Source: Candidatus Absconditicoccus praedator (GTDB lineage: Bacteria; Patescibacteriota; Gracilibacteria; Absconditabacterales; Absconditicoccaceae). From it: a stretch of DNA of 32,000 nt. The notes beneath the pieces are model-generated. The model saw only the letters and a list, made by a program, of their open reading frames with translations. It searched no databases and was not told the origin of the DNA. Positions within the stretch are counted from its first letter, which is position 1. Each line of letters starts with the position of its first letter. Location: assembly GCF_021057185.1 (NCBI RefSeq), contig NZ_CP054059.1, forward strand, positions 900,001 through 932,000, read 5' to 3'. Position numbers and translations under genes: made by a program. Shown one piece after another: positions 1 to 10,385 of this stretch.

Positions 1-306
1 CAATGATGAATAATAAATACCAAAATATATTTAAAGTATTTTGAATGAAAAAGATGAGTTTATCTAAGGAATGATAATGTGAAAGAATGTATAAGAATAA
101 GTGATAAAATGTATATTATAGCTCAGCAATACAATTCTATCAAAAACTTTCATAGCTTTTTGTTTAGTATGTATCAGATAAGAAATAATATTTTCGTAGA
201 TCGTGATGAAGATCCTGTAGAAAATTTAGAAGAACTTCTTTCTTATGCAAATCCAGCTATGGAAGAATTCCTTGATATTTTTTATGAAAAAATTTGAGTA
301 AACTAG
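1..306 (+). CDS. hypothetical protein, 5' partial or starting inside the window
   Basis: Frame 1 is open from base 1 when only TAA/TAG are stops (in-frame TGA at 4-9, 46-48, 55-57, 295-297). It ends at TAG 304-306. The standard-code track shows only 79..297. In-frame GTG at 79 and first ATG near 109 are alternative starts. No family recognised. Confidence 0.45.
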
Positions 307-330
307 TGAAGAACTGCATTTTTATTTTCA

Positions 331-356
331 AAATCCCTGGATGGGATTTTTTTGTT
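331..356 (+). terminator. rho-independent terminator
   Basis: Stem aaatccc (331-337) / gggattt (343-349), 5-nt loop, followed by a T-run. Lies directly after the stop at 306. Confidence 0.7.
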
Positions 357-631
357 TTTGTCACTATATATTCTTAATATTTAATCAAAAAAGAATATAT
401 TTTGAATAAAAATCCTTGGTTGTAAAATAAATTTTTAGTCAGTCAAATACTTGGGGATAAGTGATGATGTAGTATTTTGGTTGTCCAATATACAACTACA
501 TATTGTAATTTTTTTTGTGGCTTTGGTATGTTGTTTTGATAAAAAACAAAAAAAATTTAAAAAAAGTCTTGAAATTATTAAAAATCCTGATACAATTGTA
601 ATTGCATTTATATAATAAATTAATAATAAAT

Positions 632-1048
632 ATGAACAAATATACAAACATACAAGCTATGATCAACAAACAAAGATCGTGAGACGAAAATATATGAAGA
701 CTGATAGTGTTTGCTATCACAATTATAATAGCAGTATGAGTACTAGGTTTGCTAGGGTACTTTTATACTCAGTATCAAGAAGAAGCTAGAGTAATGTCAG
801 TGATGAGTAGTTCATCAAGTACACCAACTGATCTTCTAGGTATAGATTACTGTGATGATACTGATGATGGTGCAGGTATAGAATATGATGCAGTACAGTG
901 AGAATATGCAGTAAGTTGTTGAGACAGTGGAACCGAAGGTAGTTTTGAATGGGATGAGTATTGACAATTGAACAATATTGGTGATGATTCAAACTGGAGT
1001 GTAAGTTCTCTTAGTGGTGATGTTCAATTCTATGAGGTACAACAATAA
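632..1048 (+). CDS. small membrane-anchored protein with Cys-containing C-terminal domain (paralog 1)
   Basis: ATG 632, TAA 1046-1048, 138 aa under code 25 (6 in-frame TGA). One hydrophobic helix (LIVFAITIIIAVGVLGLLGYF), a Ser/Thr linker, then GIDYCDD..GAGIEYD..YAVSCGD..W..SW..SSLSGD. Paralogous to 1229..1657. Confidence 0.7.
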
Positions 1049-1070
1049 TAAATCTTAACCAAAATGTCAA

Positions 1071-1102
1071 AACTTCCAGTACTATAGTGCTGGAAGTTTT
1101 TT
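1071..1102 (+). terminator. rho-independent terminator
   Basis: 12-bp stem aacttccagtac / gtgctggaagtt (one G-T pair), loop tata, then a T-run. Confidence 0.75.
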
Positions 1103-1168
1103 GTTGAGCAAAAAATTTTTTGAGTTGACTTTGAAGATTTGTGTAGTCAGTAGTTTAAGATTTTTCTA

Positions 1169-1196
1169 TTGAAACATTAGCAAAAATATATATACT
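1169..1196 (+). promoter_or_regulatory. sigma70-like promoter
   Basis: TTGAAA (1169-1174), 16-nt spacer, TATACT (1191-1196), about 30 nt upstream of ATG 1229. Confidence 0.45.
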
Positions 1197-1228
1197 TGGC
1201 GGATTTTGATTTTTTAAATTTATTAAAG

Positions 1229-1657
1229 ATGGAAGAGCAGTATAAAAATTTTAAACAAATACTGGTCAAAAAAAGATGCTGAGCAACAACTGAAATTTGA
1301 AAATTTATTACTTTTTTTATGACAACTGTTATATGAGTTAGTTTTTTGTCAATTTTGGCTTATTACTACTATTCATACAGGGAGGAAACTACCGTAGTAT
1401 CAGTTCTGTCAGATAGTAGATCTACTCCTCAGCAGCTACAAGGTATTTGACTTTGTGATTCCGTATGATCTGGTGCAGGCATAGAACACGAATGAATACA
1501 CAACTCTTATGCAGTTGCTTGTGGTGACAATTATGAAATTTCAAATTGGGATGATTTTGTAAACAATTATAGAGAAATTTCTAAATTGTGAGAAGATCCT
1601 TCTTGGGCAAGTTCTTTGTCTTGAGACCAGATAGTAGAATATGCAGTTCATAACTAA
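1229..1657 (+). CDS. small membrane-anchored protein with Cys-containing C-terminal domain (paralog 2)
   Basis: ATG 1229, TAA 1655-1657, 142 aa under code 25. Same architecture as 632..1048: TM helix, linker, then GIGLCDS..GAGIEHE..YAVACGD..W..SW..SSLSGD. Confidence 0.7.
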
Positions 1658-1751
1658 TTTTAGCAGAAGTTTGTGCATGATAAATATTTAATTTCTGGAT
1701 TTGTTGAGTTGCTTTTTAAAGTTTGATTTTTTTATTTGAATTTTTTTGTGA

Positions 1752-1779
1752 TTGACAATGTCTCAGAAAAGATTATACT
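1752..1779 (+). promoter_or_regulatory. sigma70-like promoter of the sensor kinase gene
   Basis: TTGACA (1752-1757), 16-nt spacer, TATACT (1774-1779), 25 nt before ATG 1805. Confidence 0.5.
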
Positions 1780-2103
1780 TTGTTTTTAAGATAATAATTC
1801 TTTTATGAAAAATATATCAAACATAGAATCTATCCAAATTGAATTTTTACAAGAGAAGTTTTGATTACCTTCTGGAGTGTGAGTAGATTTTGACTACTTG
1901 AGAAAAGTATATCAAGAAATAATAGATAGAAACCGCAATCCTGTGGTAATTACATCAAATCATGGTGATATAATTTTTATTAATAGTTGGCTTAAAGATT
2001 ATATTGGATGACAAATATCTGATGTGTTGACTATTTCTGATATACAGAATCCCGAAAATCTTAGAAAAGATATAATAAAAAATAAAGACAACGAACAAAT
2101 CTG

Positions 2104-2110
2104 AATAAGA
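2104..2110. repeat. target-site duplication, left copy (aataaga)
   Basis: Identical 7-mer immediately outside both IS ends (2104-2110 and 2999-3005). Confidence 0.85.
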
Positions 2111-2998
2111 TGTAAGAAAAGGTAGCGTTGTTAAAAAATTATCAGTAATAGAACTTTTCAATAACTTCATAAGGAGTTTTATTATCTAGTCATTTATGTG
2201 GCTTTACAGTGTTATATCGATTTACAAATCTTTTTAAAGACATTTTTCTATGTTCTGATGACTTAAAAACTTCCTTACTGTGCCACATATCGATTAATGT
2301 TCTTATAACCCTCTCTGCTTTTCAATTTGTTCTTGGTGTTCTAACTTTTGTAAATTTTTGCTTTATTCAGCTTTTTACACACTCTTTAACAAATTCATGT
2401 TTATCATTTCATTTGTACTCAACTCAATTATCTGAGTACACACACTCAATAGTGTAAGGACATTCATCTATTACCTGTCTAAGAAACATAGACGAAGATA
2501 CTTGTGTCTTATCTTGCATTATAGCTACATAAAGTTCTCTAGAATAGTCGTCTATTCATACAAATAAGTATTCAGACTTTTTGTTTGCTGCTCATCTTAT
2601 AAGAGGTAGTTTTTTTGTGTCAAAATGCATCATTTCTCAAGGGTAGTTTTTATTGTATCTTCTAGCTTCTTTGTTTTTCTTTTCTATTATCTTAGATTCT
2701 ATTTTAGCTAATCTAAGTAATCATCGCCTAATGTTTCTAAATCTATTATTGATAGAATTTCTTGGTAAAAACTCTTGAGTTCTTGCTCTCTTTATTATCT
2801 TGTATATGGTAGGCAATGATACATTGAACTTAATATGTAAATCCTTAGGCTTCATTCATCTTTTATAGTATTCCCAGACCTCTTTTCTCTGGAGTGGTGT
2901 TAGTCTTGTATTTTTATGTATATTCATTACATAGTTTGTTATCAAATAAATAGTATTTTGTATACACATTATTTTTAACAACGCTATATAATCTTACA
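2111..2998 (-). mobile_element. IS481-family insertion sequence (888 bp)
   Basis: Terminal inverted repeats tgtaagaaaaggtagcgttgttaaaaa (2111-2137) and the reverse complement of 2972-2998 (tgtaagattatatagcgttgttaaaaa) agree at 22/27 positions and show TGT..ACA termini. One DDE transposase ORF, flanked by a 7-bp direct duplication. Confidence 0.85.
2139..2927 (-). CDS. IS481-family DDE (rve-type) transposase
   Basis: 262 aa under code 25. N-terminus MNIHKNTRLTPLQRKEV resembles the IS481 HTH signature. Catalytic-core motifs HFDTKKL, VYSDNGVEY and TPRTNGKAERV are present. The Gly of TNGKAE and several others are TGA codons. Confidence 0.85.
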
Positions 2999-3005
2999 AA
3001 TAAGA
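2999..3005. repeat. target-site duplication, right copy (aataaga)
   Basis: See the left copy at 2104-2110. Confidence 0.85.
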
Positions 3006-5332
3006 TATACAATAGATGATATTACAAAATCACAATTTGTAAGTAATAAGATTTCTCAACTGTCCCAAAAAATATTATCTGCAGATTTTGATATAAATGA
3101 ATTTGCAGAAATAATACTAGATGGTGTAATGCAGATAACTCACTGAAAAATTGCTTATATATGACAGGTAGAGGACGGAAAACTCATAATAAATGCATTT
3201 ACCAAAGCGGTTTGGAATGAGTGTGGACTTTGGGATAAAAATACAGATACAAATGTACAGATAGAAAAGCCTTGATGATTGCTGTCTTTGCCATTCAACA
3301 ATAAACAATGATTTTATACAAATGATGCACCAAATCACCCAGATTCTACCGGAGTTCCATGTGGGCATGTCAAGATACAAAATTTCTTGTGTGCTGTTGC
3401 AAAATCCCAGTGAAAAGAAGATGATATTGTATGACAAATAGGTGTAGCAAATACTCCTAATGATTTTGATGAGGCGGATTTGGAACTTATCCAGCAGTTT
3501 GCAAATATTTTTTGACTTGCTATAGAAAAGCATAAAAGAGAAAAACAACAAAAAAAACAGCTAGAATTCCAAAAATATCTTACAGAAATATGAAGCTCTT
3601 TTTTGTATATACAGTCAGAAGCTGAATTTAGAAGCCAACTAGAAAATGCTTTGTTGCTTATGAAAAATTTTTTTCAAACAGATCAGGTTTATCTTTTTGA
3701 GATGAATACTGATGATAGTTGTGTAAACACCTTTAATAGTATTTGACATATTAATATAAATGGCTCAGTACCAGAAAGTTTGTCATTTCATCAATTCAAA
3801 AATTTTTTTGAAAATATAAGAAATTGAAATCATGTTTTGTATTCCAATGTAGATGAGATGGAGGATATACCAGAAAAAAAGGATTTACAGCAAAGAGGTA
3901 TTAAAACATTTATAGCATTTCCTATAATGCAGTGAGATGATTTTTTTGGTTTTTTCTGACTCAATACTACCAATGAGTTCAAGAAATGGACTGATTCAGA
4001 CTTATTAAGATTGAAGACATTTTCTGCATTAATTACCAATGCTTTCCAAAAACATAACTTGGAAAAATCCATGCTTGAGGCAAAAAGACAAGCAGAAGAT
4101 GCCAACCAAGCAAAATCAAAATTTCTTGCTAATATGTCACACGAAATAAGAACACCTATAAATGTAATTTATGGAATTTTAGATGAACTAACTCAATGAA
4201 ATGTTGATGAGCATACATCAAAATTTTATAAAGAACAATTAGAAGAACAAAAAAGAAAACTTTTGTGAATTATAGATGATATTCTGGATATCTCAAAAAT
4301 AGAGGCAAACGAAATTGATTATGAACCCGAGAAGGTAAATATAACATATTTAATCTCTTCTATTGTCTCTTTACAAAAATTTTCAAACAATAAAAATATA
4401 GATATATCTTGTCATATAGATCCTTTGTTGGAAGATGAGTATTTTTGGGGTGACACTCAAAAAATTTCTCAAGTAATAACTAATCTTGTGAATAATGCAG
4501 TAAAATTTACAAGTGAATGATGTGTACAAGTGTCTATAAACCAAATTGAAGAATCTCAAGACTCCAAAAAAATTCAAATAGATGTAGAAGATACTTGAAT
4601 ATGAATCCCAAGTGACCAGCTTGATCAAGTATTTGAAAATTTTGTACAAACAAATCATCCATCAGTTTGATATTGATGAACTTGATTAGGTCTTGCAATC
4701 ACCAAAAATTTAGTAGAAATTATGTGATGAGAAATAACAGTCTCTAGTCAACAATGAAGTTGAAGCTGTTTTAGTGTTGTTTTGCCTTTCCAAAAAACAG
4801 GAGAGTCAGCAGAATCAGCATATTTGCCTGAACCTGTTCAAGAATCAGAAGAAAAAAGTGTTGAGTATTACCAGCAGTTCAAAGTACTAATAGTTGAAGA
4901 TGAGCCTATAAATCAAATGTTGTTGAAAAGTATTTTAGAACAAAGATGATATCAGGTAGTTGCTGCTGATGATGGTGAACAAGCGTTGGATATATATCAA
5001 AAAGGAGACTTTGATATTATAATTACAGATATTCAAATGCCTTGAATGTCTTGAGATGAACTAGTAGAAGAGATCAAACAAAATTCAAATATTCCTGTGA
5101 TAGCTTTGTCAGCATTTGCTACTAGTGAAGAAGTAGAAAAGTTTAAAAGAAAATGATTTAATCACTATCTAACAAAACCAACAGAAAAAGCTGATATTTA
5201 TAGAGTGTTAGATTGGTTTTTGGAGGATAAAGCTTAATTTTTTGAGTTTTTTACTAAAATGTTTTGATAATTTATTTGAATTTCAAGAAAATATTGTTAT
5301 TATGATATAAGTTTAACCTTATTAAACCAAAA

Positions 5333-5887
5333 ATGTTGCACTATATCACTTGAAAAGTACTAGAAACCAATAAGAAAAAAATTATAAAAAACGATTTTTT
5401 TGGAGTAGAGGCTGTGTATTTGTGAGAAAAAACATCTTGAGATTTTTTACTGTATCCTCATTTTGATCAGAATCATTCAACTTACTTTTATTATGCTTTT
5501 GATAATTTTGAACAAAAAGATTTTTTCACACTATCAATGAAGCTACCTTGAGTATGAGCCAAAACAGCATATTTGATAAGTATGCAAAACCAAGAAAATC
5601 TCAAAAATGCAATAGAAAATTATGATCTAAAATTTTTTCAAAATATACCTTGAATCTGAACAAAAACTGCAAGAAGAATAATTGTAGAACTCAAGTCATC
5701 AATAGAGTCAAAAGACCTTTCAAAGCTTGATATAGATGAAAAATTGTACAATGATATAATAAAAACTTTAAAACCTTATTGATTTGATACAGAAAAAGTA
5801 AAAGTATTGCTTTCAGAATGTGATATAAAACTTGAGAAAAGCAAGATTAATGAAATTATTAAGTGGTTGCTTGACAACTACAATTAG
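5333..5887 (+). CDS. ruvA: Holliday junction branch migration protein RuvA
   Basis: 184 aa. N-terminus MLHYITGKV, two helix-hairpin-helix motifs LPGVGAKTAYLI and IPGIGTKTARRIIVEL, and a C-terminal domain III-like tail. Stop TAG 5885-5887. Confidence 0.85.
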
Positions 5888-6004
5888 ATTGACTAAAAAT
5901 ATCCAATCAAATTTCCAATTTACAGGCTTGATTTTTATGTTTTTTTTGATAAAAATAAGTATTTATAATTAAATCTACTGATGTTCAATCATTGAATACT
6001 TGGT

Positions 6005-8422
6005 ATGAATGCAAGAAACCTTTTGTACATAAAAAAATTCAATCCCAAAAAAGCAATCCGTCTTGCAGACAACAAGATAAAAACCAAGAATTTCTTTCAA
6101 GAAAGAGGAATACCTGTGCCAGAAACTTATGCAGTTATCAACAATCGTAATGAATTATACAATTTTGATTTTGCATCTCTTCCAAAGAAAAATTTTGTAG
6201 TAAAACCCAACAAATGAAGTAAATGAAGGTGAATTTTTGTAACAAAGCTTTTGGAAGATTTGCCAGAATGATATTCTGTTCAGCAAAATACAAAATGTTT
6301 TTTTGAAAAATACTTGGGGATCAAAAAATCTAGTGATTACAATTATTATTATAAAACAGGAGGTGAAGTTGTAAATGATGATGTGTATAGAAGATATCTT
6401 GTAGACATATTGGATGGTAAGCATTCTATGACACTTTGAGGAGACAAAATTCTTATAGAAGAAAAACTATCTCCTGGAGATAATTTCAAAAGGTTTTGTC
6501 AGTATTGACTAGCTGATATAAGAGTGATAGTATTCAACCTTATACCAGTTGCTGCAATGGTTAGAGTGCCAACGATAGAATCTTGATGAAAAGCTAATCT
6601 TGCACAGTGATGAATATGATTTTGAGTAGAAGTAGGTTCTGGGAAAATCAAATCTATGTACTACAAATGACAAATTTTCAAGAAAAAATTTCCTTGAGCT
6701 TTTGAAGATTTTCAAAACAAAAAATTGCCATTTTGGAATGATATATTATTATATAGTTCAAAAATTCAGTATTTTGTAAATCTTGGTTATCTTGCTCTTG
6801 ATTGGGTAGCAGTCAAGGACCAACCAAAACTTTTGGAAGTAAATGCTAAAGCTGGTTTGGAAGTACAAACAGCCAGTGTCTTGTGACTTAGAAAAAGGCT
6901 TGAAAAAATTTCTGATGTTAGTGTAAATAGCCCAGAAAAATGAGTAGAAATATCTAAAAGTCTTTTTAACTCTTCAAGATGAAATCTTGTGGCAATGTGA
7001 AAAGTTTTGTATTTGAGTCAAAAAGCTAATATTATCTTGGAGTCAGAAGAATGAGACCAACAAATACCTGTAGTGGTAAGAGTAGATATTAAAAAAGAGA
7101 AAAATTATATATCATCCAATCTTTATGAAACTGTCCAAGAACATAATCTTTGAGATACGGTTTTGGATATATATGAAAGCGAGATTAGGTTAAAAAACCC
7201 AGTTTTTCAGTGTTCGGATAAACTCAAAAAAAATGAGATAGTTTTGTGACATCCTTCTGTAAGTGAATTTTATATCAAACCAATTCACAATGTTATTGAT
7301 GAAATAAATATTATTAGCGACAAAAACATACTAGATGAAGAGAAAGAATATTTGTATACTATAGATCAACAACTCAAAAAAATTCAATCAAAATTGAATA
7401 TTACAAAACTGCTAAAACCAATAAATTATTTGGATGAGCTTGACAATTTTATTACTTGGAATTGAAATTATAATCCAAAATTTGTATACGATTGGCCAAG
7501 TACTGATAGATTGCAAGAAATAGAAGATTGGTTAAAAAAACTAAAGGAAAATTATTTCAATGAAAACTTTTGATTGAAAAGTAATTTTGCTTGATTGTTC
7601 GAAGAAAAAATAAACGAGCTTGAAATTGTTTTGAATCTTATAAATTCTTATAAAAGAGAAAAGTATTCTGATATACTCAAATATAATGAAATGCTATACT
7701 GAAAAATGGAGGATGAAATACTTCAACTTTCCAAACAAAAAATATTTATGGATGAGCCATCAGACGATGAAGTTTTATGAGAGTATCTAACTTTCTCTCA
7801 AACAAAAAAAATAATAAAAAAATATCTAGATGAAAGATGAATTACTGGAGTAAGAATACAAGTTGATCCTTCTTCTTATGCTAGAATTTCAATTGTTAGA
7901 TGAAAAAAAATTACCATAAAACTTTCTGGGCATGCCAAATTTAGGCAAAAAGAGATATACTCAACACTTGCTCATGAGATTGATGTTCATCTTAGAAGAT
8001 ATCTTAACTGACTAAAAACTTGATGGAATATTCTTGCCAATTGAACTTGATTTTATATAAAAGATGAAGAATGACTTGCTGTATATAAAAGTATAGAAAA
8101 TTTACCTGAAGATTATTTTAAAGTTTGAATATACAAAAAGTATTATCTTCTGAATCAAGCTCAGAAACATTCATTTTCTAGACTTGTAGATATGATTAGA
8201 TGATTGGAAAATAGAACTTTGAATTGAGCATTCAAAACTGCATTGAGAGCAAAAAAATGAGTTCAAAATACTTGATTTGTTGACTGATGAGCTATTTTTA
8301 TGAAAGACAAGATATATCTTGATTGATATATGAAAATAAAAGATTGGATAGAAAACTGATGAGATGTAGAGCAGTTCATGAAATGAAAAATAAAAATAGA
8401 TGATATGAGTAAGATTTTTTAG
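6005..8422 (+). CDS. fusion protein: alpha-L-glutamate-ligase-like ATP-grasp domain + DUF1704 (QEGLA-motif / MATCAP-like HExxH carboxypeptidase) domain
   Basis: 805 aa under code 25, about 45 in-frame TGA. The N-terminal third (MNARNLLYIKKFNPKKAIRLADNKIKTKNFF..GIPVPETY .. ADIRVIVFNLIPVAAMVRVPTIESGGKANLAQGGIG .. LEVNAKAGL) matches my memory of the RimK-related alpha-L-glutamate ligase-like ATP-grasp family. The C-terminal part has HEIDVH (7973-7990) and EEGLA (8066-8080), typical of DUF1704. Stop TAG 8420-8422. Confidence 0.75.
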
Positions 8423-8596
8423 AAGTTTGTTTCAAATTTTAAATTGTAAAAAATCTATAGTATAATTTATTTATTTATGATTTTTGTGATATATTTGATT
8501 GGAATTGCTTTAGATTTCTCAAAATATAAATAATATCTTGAAATTAAATCCAAACTCATTATCAAGTTAGTAATAATTTATATTTTTAGTAAATTT

Positions 8597-9004
8597 ATGG
8601 ATAAGTATATAAGTTTGTTTTTGAATATCAATAATTTTGTGCCTAATTCATATCAACTGGATGCAATATCAAATATGGTAGACAATAAAGATAAAAATGT
8701 TTACTTTTTTTGTTCAAACAAATTTATTTTTGAGGGAATACACAAATATTTATCAGACAGAATTTCTCCTGAGGACCTGATATATTATTGAGATGTAAAT
8801 GGTCCAGATTATATATATTCGCAACAATCAAACCTTGAAATAGTTTATTATATACTTGAAAGTATTGATAAAAATCCAAACGATCGAAAAAACTGATTAA
8901 TTTTTGTTGATAAAATCTCTTATGACTTTTTTGCAAAATCCAATAAAGAAAATCAGCTACAAGAAAAACTAACTCACATAAACTCAAAAATTTGTTGTAT
9001 CTAA
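8597..9004 (+). CDS. hypothetical protein
   Basis: 135 aa. ATG 8597, TAA 9002-9004, two in-frame TGA. No recognisable motifs. Confidence 0.55.
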
Positions 9005-9062
9005 CTTGAAATTTTATTAAAAAAACTTATAGTTGAGTAACTTTAAATTTAATATTGACTTG

Positions 9063-10379
9063 ATGTACAAAGTATGATGATTTGGTGAATATTCTTATCA
9101 ACAGCAAGAAGTATTAAATAAAATAATTTCTATTATAGAAAAAAATTATAAAAATTTTGGTTATCAAAATATTGATACTCCTGCAGTAGAAAGAAACTCA
9201 ATACTTTTATCAAAGTGATGAGAAGAAACTTCCAAACAAATTTTTGGTCTTTATTGACTTGCTCAAGGTGGTTCAGACTTAAAAGATTATAGTCTTCGTT
9301 TTGATCTAACTATTCCTTTTGCAAGATATGTACTGGACTGGAAAGATAAAATTCCTTTTCCGTTCAAAAGATATCAAATAGATAAAGTGCGAAGAGGAGA
9401 AAGACAACAAAAAGGTAGATTCAAAGAATTTATTCAAGCAGATGTAGATATCATCTGGGATGATGATAAATTTAATAATGTTCTTTACTATGATGCAGAA
9501 GTTGTATTTCTTTTGTATAAAAATTTATCTGATATTATGCAGTCTTTTTGTTTGGAAAATACTCCAGTATTATTTGTTAATGACAAAAGAATAATAGATT
9601 GATTTTTGGATTCAGTTATTGGAGATGATTCTGATAAAAAACAAAAAATGATTGATTTGATTGATAAGTCTGAAAAAATATCCAAACAAAAATTTTTTGA
9701 GCTTGCAGGGCAATTATGCATATCCGAAGAATATGTTCAAAAAATTTATAATTTTATATCAAGACAGGTTACATACAAAGATTTAGATTATATTAGTACC
9801 GAATTTTCAAATGATGTTTTTGCTGAATGAATAAACTCTCTCAAGCTATTTTTATCAAATTTCAATAATATATGAGAAAAATTTGAAATAGATCCAAAAA
9901 TTGTTATAGATTTTTCTATAGTAAGGTGACTGGATTATTATACTTGAATAGTATTTGAAACATTCTTGGATAAAAATAAGTCCACATCCAGTGTTGCTTC
10001 AGGATGAAGGTATGAAAATCTTACTTATTATCTGGATCCCAAAACCAACTTTTCTTGAGTTTGATGAAGTATATGAGTAAGTAGACTTTTTGATTTTATA
10101 AAAGATAGTATTAATTCACAAGGTCATAATAATATAGATTATTTTTTTATCAATTTTGAAGATACTTTTCCTGATGTTGTATCTCTTGCTTACAAATTTA
10201 TTCAAGATTGATATAAAGTAGAAATATATCCAGTTTGTGATAAACTCAAAAAACAAATGCAGCTAGCCAACAGAAAAAATGCCAAAAATGTTGTTATTAT
10301 GTGAGAAAAAGAAAAATTAAACTGAGTATATACAATAAAAGAAATGAGTTCTTGAGAAGAAAAAATTTATAATATATAA
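9063..10379 (+). CDS. hisS: histidine--tRNA ligase
   Basis: 438 aa. Class II motif 2 region FKRYQIDKVRRGERQQKGRFKEFIQADVDI, motif 3 region SGGRYENL, and an anticodon-binding-like C-terminus. The frame is open from TTG 9033, so the start is uncertain by about 10 codons. Confidence 0.85.
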
Positions 10380-10385
10380 TAAAAA

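Larger units (their letters stand above)
1805..5237 (+). pseudogene. hybrid sensor histidine kinase / response regulator (PAS-like, GAF, GAF, HisKA, HATPase_c, REC), interrupted by an IS481-family element
   Basis: The 5' part (1805..2110) ends ..NEQIGIR, runs into the IS and stops at TAG 2123-2125. The 3' part is open from 2979 to TAA 5235-5237. It contains the H-box [13 protein letters not shown]-box NLVNNAVKFT, G1 DTGIGI, G2 GYGGTGLGLAI and a receiver domain (VLIVEDEPINQ .. DIIITDIQMPGMSG .. LTKP). Removing 2111..3005 (IS plus one duplication copy) joins ata aga | tat aca in frame, giving an 845-aa ORF. Confidence 0.85.

Noticed and set aside
466-505. Imperfect hairpin atgtagt..actacat in the 325-bp intergenic region
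   Set aside because: It has a bulged, asymmetric stem and no adjacent T-run or gene context. This is insufficient to call a terminator or ncRNA.
435-992. Three minus-strand standard-code ORFs (435..647, 496..720, 786..992)
   Set aside because: Low-complexity, His/Leu/Ile-rich translations with no motifs. 786..992 is antisense to the well-supported plus-strand gene 632..1048. The others lie in an AT-rich intergenic region.
3117-3551. 144-aa minus-strand ORF, the longest in the standard-code track
   Set aside because: It is antisense to the GAF region of the sensor kinase, whose plus-strand frame is continuous under code 25 and carries recognisable motifs. This is a shadow ORF.
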